Positions 49,901-61,228 of a stretch of DNA of 62,877 nucleotides are shown here, piece by piece. The notes beneath the pieces were generated by a model, which saw only the letters and a list, made by a program, of their open reading frames with translations, did not search any database and had not been told where the DNA came from. Each line of letters starts with the position of its first letter. Positions within the stretch are counted from its first letter, which is position 1. Source of the stretch: a candidate division WOR-3 bacterium (GTDB lineage: Bacteria > Hydrothermota > Hydrothermia > B15-G9 > WFZT01). Location of the stretch: NCBI GenBank assembly GCA_027053075.1, contig JALUEE010000004.1:1-62877 (forward strand), written 5' to 3'. A program made the translations under genes and the position numbers.

Positions 49901-50782
49901 TTATTCGCTCTCGAGATATTCGAGAATATCCGCGATTTCCTTTTTCTGGGCTTCGTCAAGTGGTTTGAGAGGGGGAATTGGGTCTCCCACTGGAAATCCC
50001 TGAATTTCAAGAGCAGCTTTTATACATGGAGCAAGGCCATATTTTTGAAAGACCTCGTTGATTCTCCAGAGTCTTCTCTGAAGTTTTATAGCCTCGTCCC
50101 AGTTTTTTGCTTTTGCGAGGTTATAAAGTTTCACGGCCTGTCTTGGGATGACACATGCGGGCCCTGCCATCCAGCCCACACCACCAAACATCATCACAGA
50201 TAGAGGGATACTGGCTGAGGCACTGAAGATTTTTAATTTGTTACCAACCCTCGTCATTACTGTGAGTAGTTTCCCGGTATTGCCCGATGCATCCTTGAGG
50301 TACTCGATATTTGGAATTCTTGCGAGTTTATCAATAACTGAAACACTCAAGTCGGTGCGGGAAAATTTTGGATTGTTGTAAATCACAATGGGGAGATTCA
50401 CGGATTCGGCTATGGTTTTGAAATATTCCACTATCTGGTCCTCCTTCAGGGGAAAATATGTATCGAGAATGGCAAGGATGCCATCTACTCCCATTTTCTC
50501 AAACTCCTTTGCCTGTAACGCGGCTTCTACTGATGAGGCGTGTGAAACACCGGCAATGACAGGAACCCATCCACCGGCTGCCTCAATAGCAACCCTTACG
50601 ATTTCTTTTTTCTGCTCCCAGTTCAGGTATGCAAATTCACCTGTGCTGCCAAGTACAGTGATTCCATGAACACCTGACTCGATCAGGTGGTTTATGAGGT
50701 CTTTCATGACCTTTTCCTTTACTGTCCCGTCGTGATTGACGGGAGATACAAGATATGGGAATATGCCTTCGAAATCGCTCAT
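49901..50782 (-). CDS. Dihydrodipicolinate synthase family protein
   Basis: GSTGE, IYNNP, YLKDASG. Confidence 0.9.
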   Translation of the reverse strand: MSDFEGIFPYLVSPVNHDGTVKEKVMKDLINHLIESGVHGITVLGSTGEFAYLNWEQKKEIVRVAIEAAGGWVPVIAGVSHASSVEAALQAKEFEKMGVDGILAILDTYFPLKEDQIVEYFKTIAESVNLPIVIYNNPKFSRTDLSVSVIDKLARIPNIEYLKDASGNTGKLLTVMTRVGNKLKIFSASASIPLSVMMFGGVGWMAGPACVIPRQAVKLYNLAKAKNWDEAIKLQRRLWRINEVFQKYGLAPCIKAALEIQGFPVGDPIPPLKPLDEAQKKEIADILEYLESE

Positions 50783-51237
50783 CTCTTACTCCTCTTTTTG
50801 TGATAGATAAACTCTGTTATGCCTTTTACCACGTAGTCTTTGATTTCTCCAATTTTTACGAATCCAAGTTTTTCATAAAATTTCTGGGCCTCTTTGTTAA
50901 AATCTGAGACCAGTAAGAATATGTCGTCTGGATTAAATTCCTTTTCAACGAATTCCATAAGGGCTCTGCCAATGCCTCTACCCCGATATGTGTCCTTGAC
51001 ACCGATGAGCTCGATGTAACCGCTCCTGTCAAAGGCACCTCGGGGTACATACCATAGAAAACCCGCAATTTCCCCCTCAATTTCTGCTACGAATATATGG
51101 GCTTTTTCCTTAAGACCTCGCTCAAATCTTTTCCTTGCGGACTTGAAATCCACACCGTAGCGCTGCCAGAGCTCTGTGCTGGACATTATTCTTGCTACTT
51201 CATCGATGTCCGTTTCTCTCAACTGCCTGATTTTCAT
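50779..51237 (-). CDS. GNAT family N-acetyltransferase
   Basis: YRGRGIGRAL, N..AQKFYEKLGF; start MKIRQL at 51237. Confidence 0.9.
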   Translation of the reverse strand: MKIRQLRETDIDEVARIMSSTELWQRYGVDFKSARKRFERGLKEKAHIFVAEIEGEIAGFLWYVPRGAFDRSGYIELIGVKDTYRGRGIGRALMEFVEKEFNPDDIFLLVSDFNKEAQKFYEKLGFVKIGEIKDYVVKGITEFIYHKKRSKR

Positions 51238-51346
51238 CGTTGAAATTATAATGTCGGTGAGACGTCCAAAGGTATAAGCCGCATTCTTGGAGGAAAAACT
51301 ATTCCGGTCAATTACCTTATAATAACTCCCAAAAAGGAGGCAGAGC

Positions 51347-53239
51347 ATGAATCTTCTTATATCGTTAATTTTTCTTGCACAGGTCCCAAATTTTTCGAAC
51401 CACGCATTGTTGTGGAAAGGAAAGGCAAGGTTGTTTAATGCTTACAAATCCCTGGCCTATCAGGATACGCTTCATGATTTTGATATTCTGCACTACGATA
51501 TTCACGTGAGGCTAAATTTTGCAAGTTCCAGCATTGAGGCCTACAACGAGGTGCAGTTCAGGAGTAAGGTTGATAATCTGAGTAGCATATTCCTGCATCT
51601 TGTTGGATTTACGATTGACAGTGTCACAGGGGCTTCATCTTACAGCCGCTCAGATTCCATTTTAAATCTTGTACTGCCATCCCCATTGAATCAGTGGGAT
51701 ACCGGGGCGGTTACCATTTATTACTATGGCCGTCCTGGACAGGGTGGTGGTGTATTTGGCGGTGGACTGCATTTTGAAGCAGATGGACATCTTGCCTATG
51801 TGGATGACGAGCCCTTTGGAGCCAAAAGATGGGTTCCAATTTATGACCTTCCATCGGATAAGGCGCTTGCAGATCAGTATATTACCGTGCCTGTTGGATA
51901 TTCAGTTGTAGCCAATGGTGAGCTTGTGGACTCAACTTTCAATCAGGATAATACTGTGACTTTCCACTGGCGAGAGAATTATCCAATTGCCAACTATCTC
52001 ATTGTTTTTGCTGCATTTAATAACTATGCGGAAATCAGGGACTTTGCTGTTATCAACGGTGATACACTACCCGTTTTCCACTGGTTCCCTGTCAGCGATA
52101 CGGCAAGATTGCGACCTCTGTTTCAGAGAACCCCTGAAATGCTCGAGTTTCTATCGCAGATTTATGGCACATATCCTTTCATGGGAGAAAAATACTCACA
52201 TGTTTCGGCTCCAATTGGCGGGGCAATGGAAAATCAGACCAATACATTTATCAATACAGATGCGTGGTGGGGCAGTGATTGGGATTGGGTAATAGTTCAT
52301 GAAATGGGTCATCAGTGGTGGGGTGACTGGGTAACCCTCGGCACCTGGGCTGATATATGGCTCAACGAAGGGTTTGCCACATATACTGAGGCCCTGTGGT
52401 CAGAGCACAGGTACGGAGCATCCGGGCTCCAGTCCTACATGCATGGGATTTTCAACTATTATCTGCGGTATGAGCCGTATCCACCCTATCCTGTTTATGA
52501 TCCAGATTACATGTGGGGTGTGGTAGTATATCAGAAGGGGGCAAGTGTCCTGCACATGTTACGCTGGGTAGTTGGTGACTCCATATTCTTTCACATCCTG
52601 AGGGCCTATGGAGAGAAATATGCCTATGGTAATGCAATTACCACGGAGTTTATTGATGTTGCTGACTCCATATCCGGCCAGAATCTTGATTGGTTCTTCA
52701 ATGAATGGGTTTTTGCCCCTGGACACCCTGTGTATCAGTATTCTTACAGCTCAACACCTGTTTCAGGCGATACTTTTGCCATAAATATCACCATTGACCA
52801 GGTTCAGTCCCACGCTTATGGTGTTCCCACATACAAAATGCCCATACCATTTAGAATAACCACAACCTCCGGGGTATTCGATGTTACCCTGTGGGACAGC
52901 CTTGATCATCAGACTTTTACCGTGCTTTTACCGGGTTCCCCAACAAATATTGCATTTGACCCGGACGAATGGATTCTTGAAGAGCATACGCTGGTCGGGG
53001 TTTCAGAGGGCTCCCAGATGCCTCAGGTTAAGGTTTTAAATACAGTTACGGGTGATTTTCTCCTGTTTTCTGCACCTGTAAGGTCAGACAACCTGCTCCG
53101 CATTTATAATGCAGCGGGACGAATGATTAAGGAAATAAGGCTTCAAAGAGGTGTAAGAAAACTGTATGTCGGCTCACTGAAGCCCGGGGTCTATTATGCC
53201 ATAGGAAAAGGTCTCCAGTTTAAATTCTTGAAATATTAG
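51347..53239 (+). CDS. Secreted M1 aminopeptidase with T9SS-like C-terminal domain
   Basis: GAMEN, HEMGHQWWG...WLNEGFATY, VYQKGA; IYNAAGR...LKPGVYY. Confidence 0.92.
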   Translation: MNLLISLIFLAQVPNFSNHALLWKGKARLFNAYKSLAYQDTLHDFDILHYDIHVRLNFASSSIEAYNEVQFRSKVDNLSSIFLHLVGFTIDSVTGASSYSRSDSILNLVLPSPLNQWDTGAVTIYYYGRPGQGGGVFGGGLHFEADGHLAYVDDEPFGAKRWVPIYDLPSDKALADQYITVPVGYSVVANGELVDSTFNQDNTVTFHWRENYPIANYLIVFAAFNNYAEIRDFAVINGDTLPVFHWFPVSDTARLRPLFQRTPEMLEFLSQIYGTYPFMGEKYSHVSAPIGGAMENQTNTFINTDAWWGSDWDWVIVHEMGHQWWGDWVTLGTWADIWLNEGFATYTEALWSEHRYGASGLQSYMHGIFNYYLRYEPYPPYPVYDPDYMWGVVVYQKGASVLHMLRWVVGDSIFFHILRAYGEKYAYGNAITTEFIDVADSISGQNLDWFFNEWVFAPGHPVYQYSYSSTPVSGDTFAINITIDQVQSHAYGVPTYKMPIPFRITTTSGVFDVTLWDSLDHQTFTVLLPGSPTNIAFDPDEWILEEHTLVGVSEGSQMPQVKVLNTVTGDFLLFSAPVRSDNLLRIYNAAGRMIKEIRLQRGVRKLYVGSLKPGVYYAIGKGLQFKFLKY

Positions 53240-54024
53240 AGCACGAATTTTATTTCACCACCGTCAATCTGGAACGTGGCTCCGGTGATGAAGCTTGCCT
53301 GATTTGAGGCAAGAAAAGTAACAAGTGCTGCGAGCTCTTCTGGCTTGCCCATGCGTCCGAGTGGGATATTTGATGTCCATTCCTTTAGAGCCTCTTCGTA
53401 AGAAATACCGGCTTTTTCGGCTCTTTTCTCGGTGAGCTCCTTTATCCTGTCGGTTTCGAATACTCCCTGGGCGATGTTATTTACCGTTATATTGTACTTC
53501 GCAAGCTCAAAGGAGAGGCTTTTCGCAAGCCCGATCACAGCAGCCCTTATGGCATTGGACAGGATGAGCATGTCCTTTGGCTGTTTTACGGTCATGGAAG
53601 TAAGATTGACGATCCTTCCCCATCTTTTGCCCTGCATGTGGGGGACTACGTGGCGAACAAATCGCACAACGTGCATAAATGTGAGGTTAAACGTGCTCAT
53701 CCACTGTTTATCTGTCACGTCAAAAAAGTTTCCAGCAGGTGGTCCACCGGTGTTAGTAACGAGGATATCCACATCTCCAAACTTCTCTGAGGTTTTATCC
53801 ACAACCATCCGGATGTCACCGGGCATGGAGAAATCTGCTGGAACCGGGAGTGCTTCCCCACCAAAGGATTTAATTTCTTCGGCAACCTGCTCGAGTCTTT
53901 CTTTGCTCCTCGCGGCTATGGTGACTCTCACACCCTCTTTTGCCAGAGCTATGGCTACAGCTTTTCCAAGCCCTTTACTGGAACCTCCAACAATGGCGAC
54001 TTTTCCTTCAAGACCTAAATCCAT
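53236..54024 (-). CDS. SDR family oxidoreductase
   Basis: GGSSKGLG, NTGGP, PLGRMG.PEE, IDGG; AGGAGG RBS before ATG 54024. Confidence 0.9.
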   Translation of the reverse strand: MDLGLEGKVAIVGGSSKGLGKAVAIALAKEGVRVTIAARSKERLEQVAEEIKSFGGEALPVPADFSMPGDIRMVVDKTSEKFGDVDILVTNTGGPPAGNFFDVTDKQWMSTFNLTFMHVVRFVRHVVPHMQGKRWGRIVNLTSMTVKQPKDMLILSNAIRAAVIGLAKSLSFELAKYNITVNNIAQGVFETDRIKELTEKRAEKAGISYEEALKEWTSNIPLGRMGKPEELAALVTFLASNQASFITGATFQIDGGEIKFVL

Positions 54025-54136
54025 GTTTTTCCTCCTTTTTAAGATGATAAAATATTCAAGCCTCCAATTTCCAGCATCTTTGAGAATAACTGACCTATGA
54101 GGTATAATTTTAGTCCAATTAGCGCGAGGTAAAATT

Positions 54137-55393
54137 ATGGAGAAAGAGAAGATTTTTTCACCAGTTGAAGAAGCCATTGAAGATATAAAAAAAGGAAAGA
54201 TGGTCATCGTTGTGGATGACGAAGACCGCGAAAACGAAGGTGATTTTGTCGCAGCCGCTGAAAAGATAACACCGGAGATCATCAACTTTATGGCAACCCA
54301 CGGAAGAGGCCTGATCTGCCTTGCTCTTGATGAGAAGCGTTTCCACGAACTCGAGTTGGATATGCCCCTTACAAATACGTCAAAGCACGGAACAAACTTT
54401 GGGATACCGATTGATGCCAAAAGTGGCACCACCACTGGTTCTTCGGCATTTGATAGGGCAATTACCATCCTTCAAGCAGTTGATCCGTCCAAGGGACCTA
54501 ATGATTTCGCAAGGCCAGGTCATGTCTATACACTCATGGGCAAGGAGGGTGGGGTTTTACGTCGTGCTGGCCATACAGAGGCATCCATTGACCTTGCAAG
54601 GCTTGCTGGCCTGAAACCTGCAGGAGTCATCTGCGAGATTCTGGATGACGATGGCCACATGGCAAGATTACCCAAGCTGGTGGAACTTGCTAAAAAATTC
54701 AACATGAAGATCATCAGCATTCGGGACCTGATCCATTACCGCATCCAGAGAGAAAAACTTGTCAAAAAGGTGGCAGAGACCAACCTCCCCACAAAGTATG
54801 GCCATTTCAGACTGCATGCCTACCAGGATATTATCACCGGTGAGGTTCATGTGGCACTTGTAAAAGGAGACGTCAGGGGCAAGCAAAACGTGCTCGTCAG
54901 GGTTCATAGCGAATGCCTCACAGGAGACGTTTTTGGCTCCCTCAGATGTGACTGCGGAGACCAGCTTCACACTGCCATGCAGATGATTGATAAAGAAGGT
55001 CTTGGAGTGCTTCTTTACATGAGACAGGAAGGAAGGGGCATTGGGCTGGTTAACAAACTCAAGGCCTATGAGCTCCAGGATATGGGATACGACACTGTAG
55101 AGGCCAATGAAAAGCTTGGATTCCCACCGGACCTGAGAGACTATGGTATAGGTGCTCAGATTCTCGTAGATCTGGGTCTTTCGACAATCAGGTTGATTAC
55201 AAATAATCCAAGGAAAATCGTAGGGCTTGAAGGATACGGGCTAAAGGTTGTGGAGCGTGTTCCTCTCATAATTGAGCCCAACGACGTGAATTTGTTTTAC
55301 CTTAAGGTTAAAAGGGATAAACTGGGCCATCTGCTCGGAGAGATCGAAAAGAGGGGTGGCTTTAAGGTTGTAAAGGAGAAGAAAAATGGCTGA
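54137..55393 (+). CDS. ribBA: DHBP synthase / GTP cyclohydrolase II
   Basis: [42 protein letters not shown]. Confidence 0.97.
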   Translation: MEKEKIFSPVEEAIEDIKKGKMVIVVDDEDRENEGDFVAAAEKITPEIINFMATHGRGLICLALDEKRFHELELDMPLTNTSKHGTNFGIPIDAKSGTTTGSSAFDRAITILQAVDPSKGPNDFARPGHVYTLMGKEGGVLRRAGHTEASIDLARLAGLKPAGVICEILDDDGHMARLPKLVELAKKFNMKIISIRDLIHYRIQREKLVKKVAETNLPTKYGHFRLHAYQDIITGEVHVALVKGDVRGKQNVLVRVHSECLTGDVFGSLRCDCGDQLHTAMQMIDKEGLGVLLYMRQEGRGIGLVNKLKAYELQDMGYDTVEANEKLGFPPDLRDYGIGAQILVDLGLSTIRLITNNPRKIVGLEGYGLKVVERVPLIIEPNDVNLFYLKVKRDKLGHLLGEIEKRGGFKVVKEKKNG

Positions 55394-55847
55394 ATACAAG
55401 GGGAAAATCAGTGCTGCCGGTAAGAGGATCGGCATTGTTGCCTCAAAGTTCAATGATTTCATAACCTCAAAACTCGTAGATGGTGCCCTTGATGCGGTTG
55501 AACAGTTGGGTGGTGACCTTGACCTTGTGGATATTTACTGGGTGCCGGGGGCGTTTGAGGTGCCTTTGGTTTTAAAGAAACTCGCAAAGTCCGGAAAATA
55601 CGATGGGCTTGTAGCACTTTCCGCTGTGATTCGTGGTGAAACCCCTCATTTCGATTACGTTGCGGCTGAGGTTACAAAGGGAATTGCCAGGGTGATGTTA
55701 GACGAAGATGTTCCCATAGCTTATGGTGTCATAACCGCTGATACGTTTGAGCAGGCAGAGGACAGAGCTGGCGGAAAAATGGGCAATAAGGGACGCGATG
55801 CCGTTATCTCCCTGCTCGAAACCCTTTCTGTGATCGAGAATATCTGA
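55386..55847 (+). CDS. ribH: 6,7-dimethyl-8-ribityllumazine synthase
   Basis: [27 protein letters not shown]. Confidence 0.97.
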   Translation: MAEYKGKISAAGKRIGIVASKFNDFITSKLVDGALDAVEQLGGDLDLVDIYWVPGAFEVPLVLKKLAKSGKYDGLVALSAVIRGETPHFDYVAAEVTKGIARVMLDEDVPIAYGVITADTFEQAEDRAGGKMGNKGRDAVISLLETLSVIENI

Positions 55848-55848
55848 A

Positions 55849-56601
55849 GTGGACAAAATACTTTTATACGGGGGCAAAAAGGCCGAATATCTTGTAAAAT
55901 TTGAGCCCGGTAGGAAAATACAGACCCATTTAGGGGTTCTTACCCTGCCTGAAAAAATAGAATTTGGCAAAAGGCTTGAAACACACCTCGGAAAATCTTT
56001 CTACGTTCTTTTCCCAACCACACGCGAAATTTCCATGAGGGTAAAAAGGACGACCACCATCATTTACCCAAAGGATGCCGGGTATATGATAGTTGAAACG
56101 GGTATCGGAGCAGGTTCAAAGGTGCTTGAGACCGGGACAGGCTCAGGAGCATTGACTATAATTCTTGCGACCATTGTGGGAGATGAAGGGAAGGTCTATA
56201 CCTTTGAAAGACGCGAAGAGTTTTTCAATAATGCCATAAAAAATGTAAAGGATGCTGGTCTTGACCATAGGGTCGAATTTCATCACAGGGACCCGGTGGT
56301 TGAGGGCTTCAACATTGAGCCTGTGGATGCTGCATTTATTGATGTTCCCGAGCCCTGGACGCTGGTTGAGCCAGTTTACAAGGTTTTGAAGCCCGGGCAT
56401 GTGTGGGTTTCACTTTCCCCAACCATTGAGCAGGTTCAGAAGACCCACGAGGCTTTGAAGGATGTGGGGTTTATAAGGCTCAAGTGTGTGGAAATCCTTG
56501 AGCGCGAGATGCTCGTAAGACCCGGCAAGACCCGTCCGAGGGAACGAATGGTTTCCCATACCGGGTATTTAACGTTTGCCTGGAATATCAAAAAGGAGTG
56601 A
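55849..56601 (+). CDS. trmI: tRNA (adenine-N1)-methyltransferase
   Basis: IIYPKD, ETGTGSG, DVPEPW, SPTIEQ, RMVSHTGYL. Confidence 0.9.
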   Translation: MDKILLYGGKKAEYLVKFEPGRKIQTHLGVLTLPEKIEFGKRLETHLGKSFYVLFPTTREISMRVKRTTTIIYPKDAGYMIVETGIGAGSKVLETGTGSGALTIILATIVGDEGKVYTFERREEFFNNAIKNVKDAGLDHRVEFHHRDPVVEGFNIEPVDAAFIDVPEPWTLVEPVYKVLKPGHVWVSLSPTIEQVQKTHEALKDVGFIRLKCVEILEREMLVRPGKTRPRERMVSHTGYLTFAWNIKKE

Positions 56602-58968
56602 ATGGGGAAAATTGTTTTTATCTTTATACTCTTGTGCCTTAATCATCCCCACCAGACTATAAAGATCAGGATCTTGGATCAAAGAGACAATCAAATTCCA
56701 CATTTAACTTTGAATATTCGATACGGGGATTCAGCATTTGAAGATACCACTAATTTTCAAGGAGAAATAGAATTAAAAAGGCGTAAAGTATGTGAGTGCC
56801 AGGAGTCTGCGTTCTCCGGGAAATATGAATTACGCCAGGTATTGGCATACTCATCCCATGGTGATTCCATTTCTATCTATGACATCACAGGTCGGGAGAT
56901 ACCCATAAAAGGCAGGGTTTTAGGGCCAGGCCCTGGTATTCTGAATTTTTCCTTATCACCGGGAGTTTATTTCCTTAAAATGGACGGGCATGTATATAAG
57001 TTTTTGCATCTTAAGGGTGTCAAATCCCCTTATCTGCTTCTAAAACCATCGGACAATTTGCCGTGTAAAGTTCACTTTAGGTTTGATTCGCATTCCGAGG
57101 TTTTTCTTGTTACGCCAGAAGAAACTACCTTAGTGGTTGGTTGTTTGGATAGCGTGATCACTGTTAAAGTCGTCAAATCAAACGTTGGCGTCCAGAAAGG
57201 AAGACCTGTCGATAAGGATTTTAAATCCAGGAAAATCGTATTCATTTATCCAACGCCACGGAACAATGCTTATATCCTTAGAAATACAGTTACAATTAGA
57301 TCAAGAATTAAGGACGAGCATCTTGACAACGTAGGGATTCTCTGGGATTCCATGAATATTCGGCTTGATAGGCAGGAAATTTTGAATTTCTATAGTGGGT
57401 CAAACTTTGTTGATAAAATAAACTGCGTTTTAGACGCCCAAAAGGCTATTTTATACACAAATCCATCTGACATGAACCTGTTACTCTCGTACAGCTTTGA
57501 GAACTGAAATTATCTCGGAGAAAATTACGGTGATAGATTTGATAAAATCGTTTTTGACTACTCGTCTTATCATAATAACGGGCACATTTGGGGGAGAGTC
57601 TATGAATGTAACGGAATTTTTGGAAAATCTTTAGAGTTTGACAGGGGATTTATAAAGATACCAGATTTGCAGAAAGGTCTATTCTCTTTTAAACAGGTTT
57701 CAGAATCTCCAGTTATTCATGCACACCAGGGTATTGCAACTGACGGAAATTATTTTTACGTGTTTCACAACAACGCAATACTGAAATATACTAAGGATTG
57801 GGAGCTTGTAGGAGCTGATTACAATGTAAACCAAGAATGCGGTGTTTCTCATCTGGGAGATGGGGATTATTATAACGGGTATCTTTACGTCGTCGCGGAT
57901 AATTTCCATAGTTGCAACTCATACCTTCCATCGAAGATATGTGTGTGGAAAGCAGCAAGTCTCGAATTTTTGGGTTGTCATGATGTGTCGAGATACAAAC
58001 ACGAAGTTTCATCCTTAACAGTCGTCCCAGATGAAGATGCTTTCTACGTTACGAGTTTTTGCGATTCCCGTCACATTTTTAAATACTCGATGAGAGATTT
58101 CCACTATATTGGAAGAATAAATCTTTCCAACGCAGTGAAATTTATTCAAGGAATTACGCACGATGGGCACTTCCTGTATCTGGTTTCCGGCTATGATAAT
58201 CTTGTATGGAAGGTGAAAAAGGATGGAACTGTTGTAGGAAGGGTGCAGGAGGGTCTGAATGAAGGTCTGGATTATGATGATATTCATAGAATTTTTTATA
58301 TATTAAATGACCCCGGTGGCTGTAACAGCAAAATCTATGGATTTAAGAATTTAAATCGCGAGGACCCATTTAAACAATTCACGGTTGCCTTCTGGATTTA
58401 CTTAAATTCTTTACCCGGTGAGCTTGATAGGGATTTTGCAGGAGTCATATATTCCAGTCTTCGTCCGTATAATTTTTATCTTAGTAAGGTTCAAAGGGCC
58501 CTTGTAATGGATGTGACAACCTATGATGCTGAAGCTCATGTGAAAATTCCGGAACGAATGCTATCCAGAAGGCATTGGTATTTTATTACCGGGACATACG
58601 ATGGTGAGTATGTCAGGTTATATTTGAACGGCACTCTGGTCGCAAGCCTTCCTTTACACGGATTCCCCAGATTTCCACACTCTCTCATGCTGGGATCAGA
58701 GATGCTAAACCGAAATCCCTGGTATTTTTATGACGGCAGGTTGGATGAGGTAAAAATCTACAATAGAGCCCTGAGTCAACATGATATAGAGATTCTCTAT
58801 CATAACGACCTTGAGAAATTGAACTACTGGTATTTCTCGGTGGACATCAGGGGATTGCGAAATGGTGTACATTCTTATCACATGTGGGAGGGATCAATTA
58901 CAGGTGATTCTGATACGACAGAAACAAGATGTCTAAGAGTCATGGGAGTCCCAACAAGGACGAATTAA
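56602..58968 (+). pseudogene. Secreted LamG-like / beta-propeller protein interrupted by one in-frame TGA (57505-57507)
   Basis: ORFs 56602-57507 and 57667-58968 share a frame and the gap is open (NYLGEN...VFDYSSYHNNG...GIFGKSLEFD...IKIPD), continuing the LamG motif. Confidence 0.7.
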
Positions 58969-59053
58969 TCTTCGCACGAGGTGGCTATCGAATACACTTA
59001 TTAAGTGTAGGTTCATTGGCGACATTTTGAGGGTTTTCAAATATAATAGTCCC

Positions 59054-61219
59054 ATGCAGGAAATTATTGAGGCTCACGGTTTCACCAAAGAAGAGTATCA
59101 AAAGATTCTGGAGTATTTGGGAAGAGAGCCCAATCTCTTAGAGCTCGGCATATTCTCCACCTCATGGTCAGAACATTGCTCGTATAAAAGCTCTAAGCCG
59201 GTTCTCAGAACTCTTCACACAAAAGGGGAAAGGATACTTCAGGGTCCCGGAGAAAATGCAGGTGTCCTATATCTCGATGATGAATTGGGTGTTGCCTTCA
59301 AAGTTGAAAGTCACAATCACCCATCGGCTGTGGAACCCTTTCACGGGGCAGCAACAGGGATTGGTGGAATTATTCGTGATGTGATATCCATGGGAGCACG
59401 TCCTATAGCCCTTCTCGACTCCTTGAGATTCGGCCCCCTTACATCTCCCCGCTCGAGGCAACTTTTTGAGGGTGTTGTAAGTGGTATAAGCTTTTATGGG
59501 AACTGCATAGGTGTGCCCACAGTGGGTGGTGAGGTCTATTTTGATGAGCCTTACGAGGACAATTGTCTTGTCAATGTCATGGCTGTGGGGCTTGTGAAGC
59601 TGGATAAGATCAAGATGAGCCGTGCAGGAGAGCCCGGGAACCTGCTGGTTTTGATTGGCAATAAAACAGGCAGGGACGGTATCCACGGGGCTACCTTTGC
59701 ATCAGAAGACCTCGTTGGTGAAGTTGAAAAGAAGGTTCCCAATGTTCAGGTGGGTGACCCCTTTATGGAAAAGCTTCTCATTGAAGCGACGATGGAGATA
59801 ATTGAAATACCCGAAGTGGATGGTATTCAGGACCTTGGAGCCGGTGGCCTTTCTACCACTCCACCTGAGATGGCATCAAAATCGGGAGTTGGTGTTGAAA
59901 TTGATGTAAATCAGGTTCCAACACGCTCACGGGATATGACCCCCTATGAGGTTCTTCTCTCTGAATCACAGGAGAGGATGGTCATCTCTGTGAAGCCTGA
60001 GGGGGTTGAGAAAGTCAGGAAAGTTGCAGAAAAATGGGACATAGATTTTGCCGTGATCGGAAGAGTTATTGAAGAAAGGGTATTTAGAATTGTCAAAGAT
60101 GGTGAAACAATCGCAGAAATCCCCATTGATGCCCTGACAGAAGGGGTTCCTGTCAAAAACCTGCCCGTTAAAAGGCCAGAGTATCTTGAAAAAATAAGGG
60201 AAATTCAAATTGTCCGCTCCTCGGACAATCTCGATGAGAAACTGCTCAAGCTCATATCACACCCGAGCATTGCGAGCAAGGAGTGGGTATATACCCAGTA
60301 TGACCACATGGTGGGCACCAACACCGTTCTTTTACCGGGTCACGGAGATGCAGCTGTTCTGAGGATTAAAGGGAAACCATTCGGTATTGCTGTAACCATT
60401 GATGGGAACGGGAAGTTAGTTTACCTTGATCCTTTCGAGGGTGGTAAAAATACGGTTTTGGAGGCAATGAGAAATCTCGTTGCTGTCGGAGCGAGGCCCA
60501 TTGGTATTACAGATGGCCTCAACTTTGCCAATCCCAATGATCCAGAGGTGTTCTGGACTTTCAAAGAAGCGGTTCGGGGGATGAATGAGGTGGCAAAATT
60601 CTTCAACGTGCCTTTTGTGTCAGGTAACGTGAGTTTTTACAATCAGTCCGAGACGAGAAAGATTTATCCCACTCCCATTGTAGGAATGGTGGGATTTCTT
60701 GAGGATATTGAAAAACGTATGGACATGCAGGTCAAGGCCCCGGGAGACCTTATTTTTGTTGTGGGGAAAGAGACGGGGAAGATAGGGGGAAGTATATTTC
60801 TTGATGTCTTCTATGGTGATTCAACAGGTAAAATCGATACCACGGATTTGGATTTTGAGGAAGAGTTGCAGGAAAGGGTATTGCTTGGCATAGAGAATGG
60901 AATTTTTACGGCAGTTCACGATGTGAGCGATGGGGGACTCCTTGTGGCAATTGCGGAGATGCTCATGTATGGTGAATTAGGTACCGAATTAACCTTCAGG
61001 TTTGATGAGGTCTCTGCCTTTGGAGAGTGGCAGTCCCGATTTGTGGTTACGGTCTCTCCTGTCAATTTAGATAAATTTAAAAAGATTATGGGAACTATGT
61101 CCTTTGAGCTTATCGGCAGGGTGACAGATGCGGGTGACCTTCGATTTAATGAGTATTCCATTCCTCTTGATGAAATTAAAAGCCGTTATTTTGGGGCAAT
61201 CCCTGATCTCATGAAATAG
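59054..61219 (+). CDS. purL: Phosphoribosylformylglycinamidine synthase subunit PurL
   Basis: WSEHCSYKSS, KVESHNHPS, DLGAGG, SESQERM, SGNVSFYN, HDVSDGG; start ATG 59054 after TATAAT-N6. Confidence 0.97.
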   Translation: MQEIIEAHGFTKEEYQKILEYLGREPNLLELGIFSTSWSEHCSYKSSKPVLRTLHTKGERILQGPGENAGVLYLDDELGVAFKVESHNHPSAVEPFHGAATGIGGIIRDVISMGARPIALLDSLRFGPLTSPRSRQLFEGVVSGISFYGNCIGVPTVGGEVYFDEPYEDNCLVNVMAVGLVKLDKIKMSRAGEPGNLLVLIGNKTGRDGIHGATFASEDLVGEVEKKVPNVQVGDPFMEKLLIEATMEIIEIPEVDGIQDLGAGGLSTTPPEMASKSGVGVEIDVNQVPTRSRDMTPYEVLLSESQERMVISVKPEGVEKVRKVAEKWDIDFAVIGRVIEERVFRIVKDGETIAEIPIDALTEGVPVKNLPVKRPEYLEKIREIQIVRSSDNLDEKLLKLISHPSIASKEWVYTQYDHMVGTNTVLLPGHGDAAVLRIKGKPFGIAVTIDGNGKLVYLDPFEGGKNTVLEAMRNLVAVGARPIGITDGLNFANPNDPEVFWTFKEAVRGMNEVAKFFNVPFVSGNVSFYNQSETRKIYPTPIVGMVGFLEDIEKRMDMQVKAPGDLIFVVGKETGKIGGSIFLDVFYGDSTGKIDTTDLDFEEELQERVLLGIENGIFTAVHDVSDGGLLVAIAEMLMYGELGTELTFRFDEVSAFGEWQSRFVVTVSPVNLDKFKKIMGTMSFELIGRVTDAGDLRFNEYSIPLDEIKSRYFGAIPDLMK

Positions 61220-61228
61220 GAGGTAAAA

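Noticed and set aside
53795..53803. DnaA box TTATCCACA
   Set aside because: Single copy inside a CDS, with no cluster or unwinding element
54025..54136. FMN riboswitch before ribBA
   Set aside because: Only 112 bp shared by divergent genes, with no recognisable RFN motif
54025..54468. N-terminal extension of the SDR in the ORF track
   Set aside because: Antisense to ribBA; the RBS-backed start is 54024. Similar over-extensions were trimmed for rpiB, Rrf2, pfpI, GNAT, GT4 and purL
57505..57560. Selenocysteine recoding of the TGA
   Set aside because: Downstream sequence is AT-rich with no convincing SECIS stem, and the position is not a redox motif
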